From contig OX597815.1 in NCBI GenBank assembly GCA_951406725.2, forward strand, positions 33,976,001 to 34,040,000: a DNA stretch of 64,000 bases, written 5' to 3'. Source of the DNA: Octopus vulgaris. Taxonomy: Eukaryota. This document shows positions 40,818 to 55,308 of the stretch, piece by piece (position 1 is the first letter of the stretch; each line of letters opens with the position of its first letter). The notes beneath the pieces were generated by a model that saw only the letters and a list, made by a program, of their open reading frames with translations, did not search any database and was not told the DNA's origin. Both the position numbers and the translations under genes were made by a program.

Positions 40818-40883
40818 TAATGAGAGAAAATAATGTGGGATCGACCTTCATATTCCTTTATTTCATCTCCTGCATCTGCTTCA

Positions 40884-41050
40884 GTATTCAGTAACACTCG
40901 ATGTCACACTATGAATGCAATCCGTAAGGGCAAAATGCACAATCAAACACTTCTTCAGTCAAATAAAGAAGCATTTGACTGAGTAGGCTGCCCTTATGAG
41001 GTGCATCAACGGATTGCATTCATAATGTGACATCAAGTGTTGCTGAATAC
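40884..41050. repeat. small hairpin element with ~42-bp inverted arms
   Basis: gtattcagtaacactcgatgtcacactatgaatgcaatccgt vs acggattgcattcataatgtgacatcaagtgttgctgaatac. Confidence 0.75.
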
Positions 41051-41300
41051 GGTAACATATGTAGATAAAACAGAGGAGTACCAAGTGTGTGTGTGTGTGT
41101 ATGTGTGTGTGTGTGCGTGTGCGTGCGTGTATATAATTATCAAGATGGCTAGACTCAATTTAAAACCAAAAGGAAAAGTGTAACTCACACTAATAGTGAC
41201 TAAGGGTGCAGGGCAACCCCAGCATTGCTAGAAACAAGATTCAATGACTCTTTAGCAACGAACAAAACACAGTTCTATGTACTGACAAGGGAGACAACCT

Positions 41301-41350
<50 letters not shown>

Positions 41351-41378
41351 CATACATATACTTGTATATATATATATG

Positions 41379-42541
<1,163 letters not shown>

Positions 42542-42546
42542 GTATG

Positions 42547-42665
42547 TATATAAGAATTTTTTGCGTAATAAGATAAAAAAACCAAGGCTGTATAGATATT
42601 AGAATGCTCTAATATCTATACAGCCTTGGTTTTTTTAAATTTTATTACGCAAAAACTTCTTATAT
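42547..42665. repeat. ~120-bp palindrome after (TA)n
   Basis: ..accaaggctgtatagatattaga-atgc-tctaatatctatacagccttggt.. Confidence 0.85.
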
Positions 42666-43454
42666 AGATACGCTGACATAGAACGAACGTTGAACTCTTT
42701 ATTGGCAATATTATCGAATCTGGAACTCATCTATGGTCTGTCTATAGCACTTATTCAGCATTACCTGACAACTGTGGGTCTCAATGACACCATTATCTCT
42801 TATATATATATATATATACATGTATATATATGTATGTGTGTGTGTGTATACACACTCATGTATACGAGTGAGTAGACAAACGAAAGAAGGGCACTCGACA
42901 AACTTATTGGGAGTTACATGTATGGATCAAAACATTTTGATTCAAATCCATTGGTACTCCGAGTGTTTCAAGCGTGATTGCTAATCTTCAACCATTTTGA
43001 ATTTGAAAGAAAGAAGTTGATTGCTATTACTGAAAGGTGGGCTGTGATTGGTCGAGGAAGGTCACGTGGTGTCGTGGTTTGATGTTGGTATAACCGTATA
43101 TCAGTAACGACAGTTAATTGGAAAACACCACATGCTGAACAGGAAATCGACTACGTGGTGGACAGGAAGTTGACTGCGTGGTGGACAGGAAATCAGTCAG
43201 GTTGTTGGAGGGGAGGTAAGAAGGGACGGTATGCGCTAGTATATAGTTGTATAAGTGTGTGTGTGTGTGTGTGGACGCCTTCATATGGTTTTGCGTGCGT
43301 ATCTGTATTGATGCGAGCGTGCGCATCTGTACATGGGTGCGCACACATGCATGAGTATACATGCGCATAACAAGCGTTGGGGGTTGGTAAGCGTTGGGGA
43401 TTGGTAACTGCCATGATCGACTGGTTTTGCGATATCGAAAATAAATCAGCCTGC

Positions 43455-44770
43455 AGATTCACCCAGTTCGACATGGTCGGCTTCTACCCTTCCGTATCTA
43501 AGTTCCTCCTTCTGAAGGCCCTAACTTTTGCTGAGCATTAGTGATCTTGATATCAGAATTATCATGAATGCCAGAAAATCAATTAATGTCCACGACAATT
43601 CCTTCTGGGTGAAGAAAGTAGGCGAGCCATTGTTCGATGTCCCTATGGGGAGCTTTGGCGGGGCTGAAATCGCCTACCTCGTTGGATTATACATCTTGGA
43701 TACCCACAAGTGACGTACCCACCCACATAGGTCGGTCCCCTATAGGGACGACGGCCTGGCTATCTCAAGCTATATGAACGGCCATGCCATGGACAGGTTC
43801 AGGAAGGACTTGACAAAAATATATTAGGAGTTCAGTTACCACTAACCCGACTACGGTCGATTTCTTGAACGAAACCGTAAACCTGTATACGGGCAAGTAT
43901 TACCCGTGTAAAAAGCCTAACGAAGGAACAGTATACATCCACAGGAACTCCCCCCCCCCGCTGTAATTAGAAACCCGGTTCCAGGTTTTAGCAAACGACT
44001 ATCTAATCTCTCGGTCAATAGAGAGGTCTTTAGCAGGGCCGCCTACCACTACAACAATGCTTTGGCTAGGAGCGAGTTTACCGAGAAGCTTACTTATGTG
44101 GACAACACCAAAACGCCCTCTTCTCACCCCCAAAAGAATTAAGAAAAGAAAATTATATGACATAACCCCTCTTTCAGCCTAGACGTTTCCACCAACGTAG
44201 CTAGGGGCTTTATGTCGTTAATTAAAAAACACTTCCCCTGACACCTCAAGTATTACAAACTCTTCAACTCCCATAATTTCAAGGTGAGCTACTCCTGCTT
44301 AGATAAAATCGCACGCATCAACAGACTGATAAATGTAGCTGCACCATCCTAACTCCAACCTGTAACTTCCGTAACTCCACCATGTGTCCTCTAGAAGGAT
44401 CCTGCCTCTCGAGACCGTAGGATACAGAGCCACCCTTACACCATCCGATGGCATTACAAGGCACTATACGGGTATGACAGCCAGTAACTTCAAGGGAAGA
44501 TGCTCCCAGCATATGCACTCGTTCAGTTCCAGGGACAGAGAGAACTTTACTTCCTGGTCTCGTTTTCTCTGGAGACTCCGTGACCTCCGAGACGAAACAC
44601 CCATCATCAAGTGGACTATTGTCGACATAGCGCCACCATATTCACCAGATGCCCCCAACTGACAGCTCTACATCTGTGAAAAACTGCATATCCTCCAACA
44701 ACCCGCAGTATCCATCAACAAGAAATACGATTTATCTTATTGCTGTCAACAGCCGTATGCCTTTCTGGCA
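43455..44770 (+). pseudogene. decayed PLE reverse transcriptase plus GIY-YIG endonuclease ORF
   Basis: QFDMVGFYPS; FDVPMGSFGGAEIAYLVGLYIL; YRDDGL; YIHRNS; KLFNSHNFKVSYSC; CN.R..CPLEGSCL; VGYRATL..YTGMTA.NFK.R..QH; IKWTIV; many stops and frameshifts. Confidence 0.9.
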
Positions 44771-45181
44771 AATTTCAAGCCTCTGACTGCCAACAACTCG
44801 GATATACCACCTTAGTACCAGCTGCTACTCTGCATCAAGGTCACTGTTACCAACTAACCCCTTGTGCAGGACTGCCAATTACCAATCCTCAACGCTTACC
44901 GATTCCCAACGCTTACCAACTCCCAGCGCTTGTTATGCGCATGTATACTCATGCATGCACGCGCACACTAATATGCATGCGTGCATGTATGCATGCATTG
45001 TACATATGAATGAATACACATATGTGGATGTGTGTGGATACGTGGTCAATTTCTTGCTCACCATGCGGTGTTTCCCAACTAACTGTCGTCACTGATATAG
45101 GGTTATACCAAAATCAAACCACGACACCACGTGACCTTCCTCGGCCAATCGCAGCCCACCTAACGGTAATAACAATCAAAA

Positions 45182-45223
45182 TTGGCTGAAGATTAGCATC
45201 ACACTTGAAACTCAGAGTACCAA
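45182..45223 (+). ncRNA. type-I hammerhead motif in the Naiad 3' pLTR (mirror copy with TTGAAGA core at ~42951-42995, minus)
   Basis: ttgg-CTGAAGA-ttagcatcacactt-GAAAC-tcaga-GTA-ccaa; stem I ttgg/ccaa; stem II decayed. Confidence 0.7.
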
Positions 45224-45248
45224 CGAATTTGAATTAAACTGTTTTGAT

Positions 45249-45289
<41 letters not shown>

Positions 45290-45323
45290 CATATCAAAGG
45301 GATATGGAAATTATTAGAAATTT

Positions 45324-45604
45324 CATAGTCTTTGGACTAAATTTTTACACGTGTAAAAATTTAGTCCAAAGACTATGTATTAGTCATAAAATACAGTGTA
45401 CATTTAAAAACATAAGGAATCGACTCATGGGATTCAACACGCTAGAAAGAACAGCTAGGTTCTATAAACACAAAATTAGGGATAAAATTCGACAGGAATG
45501 AAATGAAAAAATAAAAACATTTTACCATCTAATTTCCTGCCATATACGTGTTGAATCCCATGAGTGGATTCCTTATGTCTTTAAATGTACACTGCATTTT
45601 ATGA

Positions 45605-45612
<8 letters not shown>
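45324..45612. repeat. perfect 54-bp palindrome (45324-45377) followed by ~64-bp inverted arms (45378-45441 / 45548-45612)
   Basis: catagtctttggactaaatttttacac|gtgtaaaaatttagtccaaagactatg; bounded by (TA)n. Confidence 0.88.
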
Positions 45613-45661
<49 letters not shown>

Positions 45662-45678
45662 GTTTCTCTTCTGTGTGT

Positions 45679-45737
45679 ATTCTACTGACGAGGCAAAGCA
45701 TTCCTAAATGCAAAGTCAGAAATCCGGGATCTAGAAT
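45679..45737 (+). ncRNA. type-I hammerhead ribozyme motif
   Basis: attcta-CTGACGA-ggc-aaa-gcatt-ccta-aatgc-aaa-gtc-a-GAAAT-ccggg-ATC-tagaat; perfect 6-bp stem I; in a ~230-bp block between (TA)n tracts. Confidence 0.75.
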
Positions 45738-45874
45738 TATCCAGTAATTTTTTACTAGTTTCATGTTGTCTCTTTGTTTTCTCTCCGTGTTGATATATGG
45801 ACAATTAAGGTGGTTGTAGAATCAGATCATGGCTGCTATTTTCAGCATGGTGGTATCTCGTAGATACCCTAATT

Positions 45875-45907
<33 letters not shown>

Positions 45908-45911
<4 letters not shown>

Positions 45912-46235
45912 GTAAAACGGTAAGATAACAAAAGAAAGAAAGAGACCTCAATATTATGTAAATAGAGGAAATTTATCTATAAAATAATATGTTACATTAC
46001 TCGATAGTCAAGATAAAACTCTGAGTTTCAGATGCCGAAGTGGGAATCCACAACGTCATCTCTTCGGTTATCTGGCTATTTGAAAATACAGGATTTTCAA
46101 ATAGCCACTTCGGCATCTGAAACTCAGAGTTTTATCTTGACTATCGAGTAATGTAACATATTATTTTATAGATAAATTTCGTCTATTTACATAATATTGA
46201 GGTCTCTTTCTTTCTTTTGTTATCTTACCGTTTTA

Positions 46236-46240
<5 letters not shown>
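45908..46240. mobile_element. fold-back PLE-like repeat (arms 45908-46043 / 46105-46240) with variant hammerhead at 46011-46073 (minus)
   Basis: agataa-CCGAAGA-gatg..catc-t-GAAAC-tcaga-GTT-ttatct; arms nearly identical; (TA)n on both sides. Confidence 0.78.
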
Positions 46241-46290
<50 letters not shown>

Positions 46291-46574
46291 GGCGATAGAT
46301 AGATAGATACAACATTTTTATCTGTACATAGTTAAATTGTAAAGAAGGAAAACAAATTAACCACATTGTAAGATTTTCATCTGTGTTCGGTGTGGTTTTG
46401 TGTGTGCCATTTTTGTGTTCGTAGCCTGTGACTTTCCTGTTTAACAGGTCATTGGTCTGAATATAACTTCAAGTTTGTTGGAGTTGCTTCTGATCTCATT
46501 ACTGAACACTCATACGTCGTTTTCGACGAGAGACTAATCATATGTTAGACAGAGCTTATATTGATTTCCGACTT

Positions 46575-47420
46575 CGGCATAAGACCAGCAAATACGGTGA
46601 AGCGGGGAAAGTCGATTACATCGACCCCACTGATTAAGTAGTACTTATTTTATCGACTCCAAAAGGATGAAAGGCAAAGTCGACCTCGGCAGAATTTGAA
46701 CTCAGAACATACAGACAGACGAAATACTGCTAATTATTTTGCCTGGCGTATTAACGATTCTGCCAGCTCGCCGTCTTAAACACAACATATATTCTTTTCT
46801 ACTCTAGGCACAAGGGCCGAAATTTTGGGAGAGGGTCCAGTCGATTAGATCGACTCCAGTACGCAACCGATTCTTACTTTCATCGACCCTGAGAGGATGA
46901 AAGGCAAAGTCGACCTCGGCGGAATTTGAACTCAGGACGTAAAGACAGACAAAATACCTATTTTTTTTACTACCCACAAGGGCTAAACACAGAGGGGACA
47001 AACAAGGACAGACAAACGGATTAAGTCGATTACATCGACCTCAGTGTATAACTGGTACTTAATTTATCGAACTCGAAAGGATGAAAGGTAAAGTCAACCT
47101 CCCTCGGCGGAATTTGAACTCAGAACGTAACGGCAGACGGAATACGGCTACGCATTTCGCCCGGCCTGCTAACGTTTCTACCAGCTCGCTGCTTTAACAT
47201 AATCTTTTCTACTCTAGGCACAAGGCCCGAAACTTTTGGGGAGGGGGCCCAGTCGTTTAGATCGACCCCAGTACGCAACTGGTATTCAATTTATCGAATC
47301 CGAAATGATGAAAGGCAAAGTCGACCTCGGTAGAATTTGAACTCAGAACGTAGCGACGGGTGAAATACCGCTAAGCATTTAGTCCGGCGTGCTAAGCATT
47401 TAGCCCAGCTCGCCGCCTTA
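46575..47420 (-). mobile_element. cluster of at least 3 adjacent SINE family C copies
   Basis: ggatgaaaggcaaagtcgacctcggcggaatttgaactcag recurs four times. Confidence 0.88.
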
Positions 47421-47645
47421 GACAACATACGACAACATACGTATATTGAACTACATTGTCTCATGTATCTCGTCTTGTTAAAGACTGCAGACACTGCTGA
47501 TTAGAGATAATACGAACCAGTCAACTAAACACTATGACTTTATTTACCTAATTACAGAAAATACATTTTATATGAAATTAATACAGGCACGTACTTTTGT
47601 AATACAAATGTTGGCCATAAATGTTTGTATATGTGTGTGTCTCAG

Positions 47646-48153
<508 letters not shown>

Positions 48154-48811
48154 TAGTCAACGAAAGCAACGTTCTATGTTCACTGAACGTTAAGATGCGT
48201 TGGTATTTTTAAACGTATTGCCTGGGAAGCCGATTTGACTAGGATGATATTTGCAGGAGATTACACTGCTATTTCTAGAAAGCCGTTCGACCACGTGAAG
48301 TTAGTCTCCTTCTATTAAAATTAACAGACATGTTGGTTCAATAGCGCGTAGTAACAGCATTCTGCTTTGTAGTGCTGTTAGAACTAACTGCACCGTGGGA
48401 AGAGAATAGCGAAAACTTGGTGGTCCGGCTGATCACAGTGTATGAATAATTGATAGATACATGCAGAAATATTGGCTGGAGTTCAGAATACTTTCACCTT
48501 AATGTCGGTTGCTGTCGTTATTTTAGCCGTGACCTGGTAAACTTCAGCAGTTTGGATTCGACGCTTGAGAATTGGTGTCGTTGACAGATGTACACGCTAC
48601 ATGTAGTGGAGAATATATCATGAGCCAGTGGGGGAACCTCTATGCGATCGGTTAATCTGCTAGATGTAACTACTAAATCTCTCTCAAATCACATCCTACT
48701 GAAGAACACAATTGATAATGTAGTCTCAGAAACATTATCCATAAGAAAAGAAGAAAATATGAAAGTCAAGCGGGTTGATCAAGTGTTAACAACGTTAATA
48801 AGAGCAACAGG

Positions 48812-49005
48812 AGTGGAGGCGCAATGGCCCAGTGGTTAGGGCAGCGGACTCGTGGTTAGGGCAGAACGCGATTTCGATTCCCAGACTGGGTATTGTGATT
48901 GTTTATTGGGCAAAAACACCTAAGCTCTACGGGGCTCCGGCGGTGGAGGGGTGAATCCCGCTGTACTCTTTCACCACAACTTTCTCTCACTCTTTCTTCC
49001 TACTT
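48812..49005 (+). mobile_element. SINE family A 5' half, diverged
   Basis: same head with a short internal duplication gtggttagggcag. Confidence 0.8.
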
Positions 49006-49294
49006 CTGCCACAAAGCAGAGGAACCATGGTGTAACCCACTATTGTGTGGTAAAACTTTCAGACCCTAGTCTAGATTGCGAATCCTCTGTACCCCAGGAT
49101 GGTTCAGCTCTCCACCCGTTAAAAGCCACCGTTTACGGAATGAGGATAACAACGTAGCTTTCGCGCCCGTGCAACCGCCAGTCTATCGCGTGTGGTGGGT
49201 GGATCTTCAAGTTGCCACATGCATTCTTAGTAGCTTAGAGTAGGCTCGAATTAGAGATTATTCTTTGTGGCTAATGGCGTGAGTCCTGATTAGG

Positions 49295-49325
<31 letters not shown>

Positions 49326-49557
49326 GACACTCAGCACAGTCATTTGGCTTGCGATTAGAAATAGCAGCCACATCTCCAAATCTTATCCTACCATCCTTGA
49401 GACATTATGCATGAAAAAGATTAAAAATAGAAAGAGAAAAGGTGCTGAACTAATAACAGTAACAACAGCGAACTTGACTTGTGAGTAAAAATAGCTGCCA
49501 TATCTCCCTCAAATCATACTTTCTTTTTTTCTTTATAAAAGGACACATTTGTAAATC

Positions 49558-49616
<59 letters not shown>

Positions 49617-49807
49617 TAAAATCTGTTTAAGAGGCTTGCTTTGCAACGTGGTTTCGTGTCCAGTCCTACCATGCTTACACTTTGAGCAAGTGTCTTCGAC
49701 TTTCGTCTCGAATCGAACAACGCCTTGTGAGTGAATTTGGTACATGGAAACTGCCTGGAAGCTAGTCATGTGTGTGTGTGTATTTATATATTAAAAAGCT
49801 ATAAGGC

Positions 49808-51188
49808 CACTAGCGTAGCTAGGGAGCGGGGGCGGTAGGGGCAGTCCGCCCCGGGCGACACTTTTAAAAGGGCACCACTTTTGGGTCAACTGTAGGCAAT
49901 ATGTGTTTTTGGTGGGACTCGAGGGCAGCAAACGGAAGGGCCGTACCGGGCACTGCAAACGGAAAGACCGCCCCGAGTGCATTTTTTTCCCACGCGAGTT
50001 CCGGACCCCAGCAATGAACTCATTTGCATACTGCCAATCAGAGCTTACCTTGAGCTTTTTAAGTTAACAAACACACTCTACCAAATAAACTCAAGACGAA
50101 GAACGATGTTGTAAATCGCCAAGTTATGACTGATTTTAGGAGACAAATAATTAGACAGATTTGTATCTATACCTATTATCGAATTTTGTTAGGGCCCCAT
50201 ATGGTAAAGATTTGGATGGGAAAAATGTGGGTAGAGGGTGATGTGCTAGCAACCCTTCCCCCTTACTGTTTCAGAAAGTAAACAACAACATAAATAACTA
50301 CGCAGAGGCAGCCATGTTTGAAACAAGAACAAGATCAAGAAGCATTATCAAAAGAGAAAAGAAGAATGGTCATTCCTTACCCAAGTGACCTTCTCTTATC
50401 GCCCATCTCTAGTTATGCGCTTCTAGGCGCAGTTGCACCCCTTTGACAGCGATTAAAAACAAGCCCGCTAGATGGCGGGAAAATGTGAGATCCTGATACG
50501 TGACCTCACCTCTTTCTCTCTATTTCTGCACTGACACACGAGCTGTGAAGACGCAACCTGATTGGCTGTCCCCCTCTCTCTCTCTCTTTATCTCTCTCTC
50601 ATACACTACACCAGCTTGCAGATAGGAGCAAAGCCCAGAATAGCACGCCGGGCGAAATGCGTAGCCGTATTTCGTCTGCCGTTACATTCTGAGTTCAAAT
50701 TCCGCCGAGGTTGACTTTGCCTTTCATCCTTTCGGGGTCGATAAATTAAGTACCAGTTACGCACTGGGGGGTCGATGTAATCGACTTAATCCGTGTGTCT
50801 GTCCTTGTTTGTCCCCTCTATGTTTAGCCCCTTGTGGGTAGTAAAGAAATAAGGAGCAAAGCCCAGAAGACCACGGCCACTACACACCAACCATTCTATT
50901 TATCATTCCATTGTGTATATATGTGTGGCCACAATAAACGTGTTTAAAGTTACAACCTTGTTTGTATATTCTTCATCCGGGTCTACCACCAAATGAGATT
51001 ACAGCTTTCAGAGTGAGTCATATTAGGTGGCTCAACAGCAACCTACCCCATCTATACGCTCATAAATTAGTTTGATAGTTGAGCTCTGATTGGCCGTAAT
51101 GCAAATGAGTTCATAACTGGGGTCTGGAACTCTCGTGGGAAAAAAAAATTTCGCGCTCCGGGCGGCACACACTCTAGCTAGGTCAATT
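49808..51188. mobile_element. hAT-like MITE containing a second TIR element (49989-51139), which itself contains a SINE
   Basis: outer ends cactagcgtagctag / ctagctaggtca; inner ~55-bp TIRs cccacgcgagttccggaccccag..ccaatcagagct. Confidence 0.6.
50641..50851 (+). mobile_element. 5'-truncated SINE family C
   Basis: 17-bp TSD aggagcaaagcccagaa 50624-50640 / 50852-50868. Confidence 0.9.
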
Positions 51189-51754
51189 TTTATCGAAAGA
51201 ATGGGAAGGGACAGATTATTAAACTGACCCTGTGTATTACAGCTATATATTTCATCCAGTTTACAGCGATGAGAGATGATGTAAAAAAAAAAACCTGACG
51301 TATTTGAACACCGAAGTTAAAACGCAACCAAAACCTGGTATTTTAGTCTTTTAATCCGGCACCCTATCGCTTTTCCGCACCTCTAGACGTCATCGTATTA
51401 ATGTGTTTATGATTTCATGTATAAAAGTCCAAATTAATGCTTTTCATTCCTCACGTGTACGGATGGAAACCTGCACGCGCATGCGCGCATGTCTTTATGT
51501 GAATTATGTGCGGTTGCATTGAAGACAATAGGTAATGTTGATTTGATGGGGTACTGTGTGTGTGTGTGTGTGTGCATGCGTGCGTATTTATAACGCGATA
51601 CTGTGTGCAAGGGTTATAGCTCTGCATTAAATATTTACTTTACCAAAGGTATTAAGTCCTCTTTGTTTATAGATTTACCATGTACGTAATATCACTTTAA
51701 ACTACTCTCCTCTCTCAACCTCTCCCTCGTTCTCTCTTTCTCCTTCTCTCTCTC

Positions 51755-51788
<34 letters not shown>

Positions 51789-51800
51789 TATGTATATGCA

Positions 51801-51840
<40 letters not shown>

Positions 51841-52406
51841 CATATATATATATATATACATGATATATAATATGTATGCGTGTGAGTGTGTGTATGTATG
51901 TTTGCATGTATGTCTAATATATTCTTTCTAAGATTGATATGATCAAATCTACTTTTGTTATTTCTTAAATATGAACACAGTGCTCTTTTATTATCGAATT
52001 AATAATTAATCTCACAAGAAGAATCAACTGCCTTTGGGCAGTTTTCTTTTAATTTATGTAAATATCTATGTACCTACCAATCGCTCTGTCTCTTTCTCTT
52101 TCTCTCTCTAATCGTCTGTCTATCTAGCTGTCTACCTACCTGTCTGTCTGTCTTTCAGTCAAATGCAACTAGTCATCATTCACGAGTTTGTCCTGGTAAC
52201 GTGTACAATGCATTCCCTGTTTTAGATACCTATATAATCACCAGAAGACATACACCGCCTCGGTTTCCCCGCCCTAGACACAACGATACATCCAGTATAC
52301 GACAGCTGGTACTAGAGAGGGCTGCACCTATACTCTCTCTTCTACAATTAACCCATTGCAATTGAGTGTACAGTAGCAATGCGAAGTGAACGCGCGTGTG
52401 TGTGTA

Positions 52407-52464
<58 letters not shown>

Positions 52465-52805
52465 CGTGCATATGTGAGTTAGCTATGTTTCCTGTGTGAA
52501 CCGAAATGCATCTTTATTGATGTAACCTGAAGTCATTGGGTGTATTTGAGTCTTTCAGCATCAGACTTTTTCGTCCAGGTTGCCCAATCGAGGTTAATCA
52601 GGCTCCAACATGTATCCTAGCAGCACCGGCCACGGATTAACCCTTTTAATCCAAAGTTACCGAGCGGCTTTGCTTGTAGCTTCGCTCGCCGATGGAAAGG
52701 TCCTAAGCTCTCTCCTTTTCCATTCTGCAAAGCTAAATCATTGAGCACTGAATATAGTGAGCATCCTGCAAAGCCTCTACACCCTACTTCTAGAAAATCA
52801 CAGCA

Positions 52806-53721
52806 TTGGGGTGAGGAATAATTCGTGAGCATTTTTTTTTCAAATTTAAAAATGCATGCAGAAATAAAACGTATTGGCAAAATGTTTTATGCCATTTGAA
52901 CGAGAAGGTTTTGCTCTACAAGAGAGTGTATTTTGATTTTTTAATTTTATTGATTTTTGTGTAGTTTCAGATCATTAAAATAGAATGTCAAGTGAACAAA
53001 ACTGAACATTTTCGACATCATTTTTTGTATTTAATCGAGGTGTTAAACCCGCCAAAGCAGCTAGTGAGATTCGTGCTGTGTATGGAGAAGGAGCAATGCT
53101 TCAATGTATCGCTTGCCGTTGGTTTTCGCACTTCAAAAGTGGGAATTTTGACCTCAAGGACGGATCACACACCGGTCGACCAATTAAGGTCGATGAACCT
53201 TGCCCATTGAGTGAAGGTGGTTCAACACAGTTTTTTTTTTTATCACAATTCATCTGCTCCGCCAATTCTCTGGTCGTTTGACGTGGATTTTCGTGAAGAA
53301 GTTGATTCAATCGCTCTTCATCGAACTCAGTTGGTCGACCGGTGTGTAATTCGCCCTTGAGGTCAAAATACTCATTTTTGAAGCGCGAAAACCAACGTCG
53401 TAGTGGCGGGGGGGGTACTTTGAAGCATTGCTCCTTCTTCATACACATAGCAAATCTCATGAGCAGCTTCGGCGGGCTTAACACCTCGATTAAATGCAAA
53501 AAGCAAATGACGTCAAAAATGCTCAGTTTTTTCCACTTGACATTCCATTTTAATGATCTGAAAATACACAAAAATCAATAAAATTAAAAAAATCAAAACA
53601 CACAATCTTGTAGAGCAAAAAGTTATCTTTCAAATATCATAAAACATTTTGCCAATACGTTTTATTTCTGCGTGCATTTTTAAATTTGAAGAAAACGCTC
53701 ATGAATTATTCCTCAACCCAA
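52806..53721. mobile_element. mariner fold-back element made of two inverted 5' halves, each with the transposase HTH N-terminus
   Basis: TIR ttggg(g/t)tgaggaataattc; plus strand VYGEGAM..RWFSHFKSGNFDLKD..GRP; minus strand RWFSRFKNEYFDLK..GRPTEFDEERLNQLLHENPRQTTRELAEQM. Confidence 0.88.
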
Positions 53722-53922
53722 TACTTAACCAAACCTCTGTCCTGGCTCCCCCGGAACAGTTGTTGGTACTTTAAGTGCTCCCTTTCAATGTCTTATTCAA
53801 TACACTCATTCTATGTCACTGTGAGTTTCAATACGGTCAGGTTTTTTTCTCTTTTTTTGTTGCATCAGAGGTAATGATCATGCCTGGTTGGAGTAATGAT
53901 GGTACAATGTGCTTTGGAAACT

Positions 53923-54005
<83 letters not shown>

Positions 54006-54009
54006 TATA

Positions 54010-55039
54010 TATATGTATATGTGTGTATGCATGTATGCATGCATTCATGTATGTGTGTGTGTGAGAGGGGTGGGGCGTTTGAAGGTAGTGAAGAAGTGAA
54101 AAGAAAAATGTCAATGATCGTCCGGATCGACGTGTACTTTCCAGTCAGAGGCCGCGTAGAGAAAGCCCTTTCTTATTTTTTGTTTGGCGACAGTGTTTCC
54201 TTCCAACTTAACAACATAACTATTATCAGTTAATGAATGATAAAAGAACACCATTATTTTCCAACTGTTTTTGCTGTAAGAGGTAATGCACTAAGAACTG
54301 GGTTCTTGTACTACATCCTATCGATTCTCCGGAGCCACTAAAATGAAGAATATTGCAGAAAAAGCTGTAAGGGTGGATTACATAACTCCTGTTCTTTGTC
54401 ATTCATTAGTTGACATTTCGATCTGTTCTCTCCTGAAACTTTCATTCTAAAACTTTAATATATTAAATTCTCACAATTGATTATTAGTATTATTATATAC
54501 ACTATAACTGTTACTGATTAAGTAGAATATTTAATCCATAATCGCTAGTCTGACTAAATATATCATGTTTGCTTATCGGGGACTAAGAACAAGATTTAGA
54601 AAGAGCTAAGTTATAGGATTATATAGGGATACAAATATTCTTAGCACAGGAATTTAGTTGTTGCGGGATCTTAGTCAATAAGTGATTGGTGAGTGAGCTC
54701 GTCGAAAGGGAGCAGATAATAATGATTCAATGACTCAGAACTGAACGTATTTATCCGACCACTTCCGTTTAATCTATGCAGGCCCAGATCCTGAAGTTTA
54801 CATCCATCACCGTCTCCACCACTACTGGTTCGATATCGCCAGTTGCCCTTTGTCATTTGGTATAACGAACCATACTCTCTTTTTAACCGTTTCTGTTCTG
54901 AATCCCCTTCTTTCATTGACATTTTTCTTTTCACTTCTTCACTACCTTCAAACGCTCCACCCCTCTCTCTCTCCCTCCCCTCCCTCTTTCTATACACACA
55001 CACACATACATGAATGCATGCATACGTGCACACACACAG

Positions 55040-55050
<11 letters not shown>
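54010..55050. repeat. inverted repeat (54010-54117 / 54913-55050) around an ~800-bp spacer
   Basis: ggcgtttgaaggtagtgaagaagtgaaaagaaaaatgtcaatga vs tcattgacatttttcttttcacttcttcactaccttcaaacgct, plus mirrored microsatellite. Confidence 0.8.
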
Positions 55051-55088
<38 letters not shown>

Positions 55089-55184
55089 TATATGTATATA
55101 TATTTATATATATATATACATATACATATATATATGTATATATATTTATATATATATATACATACATACATACATACATACATG

Positions 55185-55235
<51 letters not shown>

Positions 55236-55248
55236 ACATGCATACATG

Positions 55249-55308
<60 letters not shown>

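Larger units (their letters stand above)
42918..45252 (+). mobile_element. 5'-truncated Naiad-type Penelope-like retroelement with inverted 5' pLTR (42918-43410) and 3' pLTR (44870-45252)
   Basis: pLTRs are reverse complements of each other; each carries a hammerhead motif; ends in (TA)n. Confidence 0.88.

Noticed and set aside
49006-49300. HDV-like ribozyme or LINE 5'UTR between the SINE and the (GAA)n tail
   Set aside because: Could not build the nested double pseudoknot by eye
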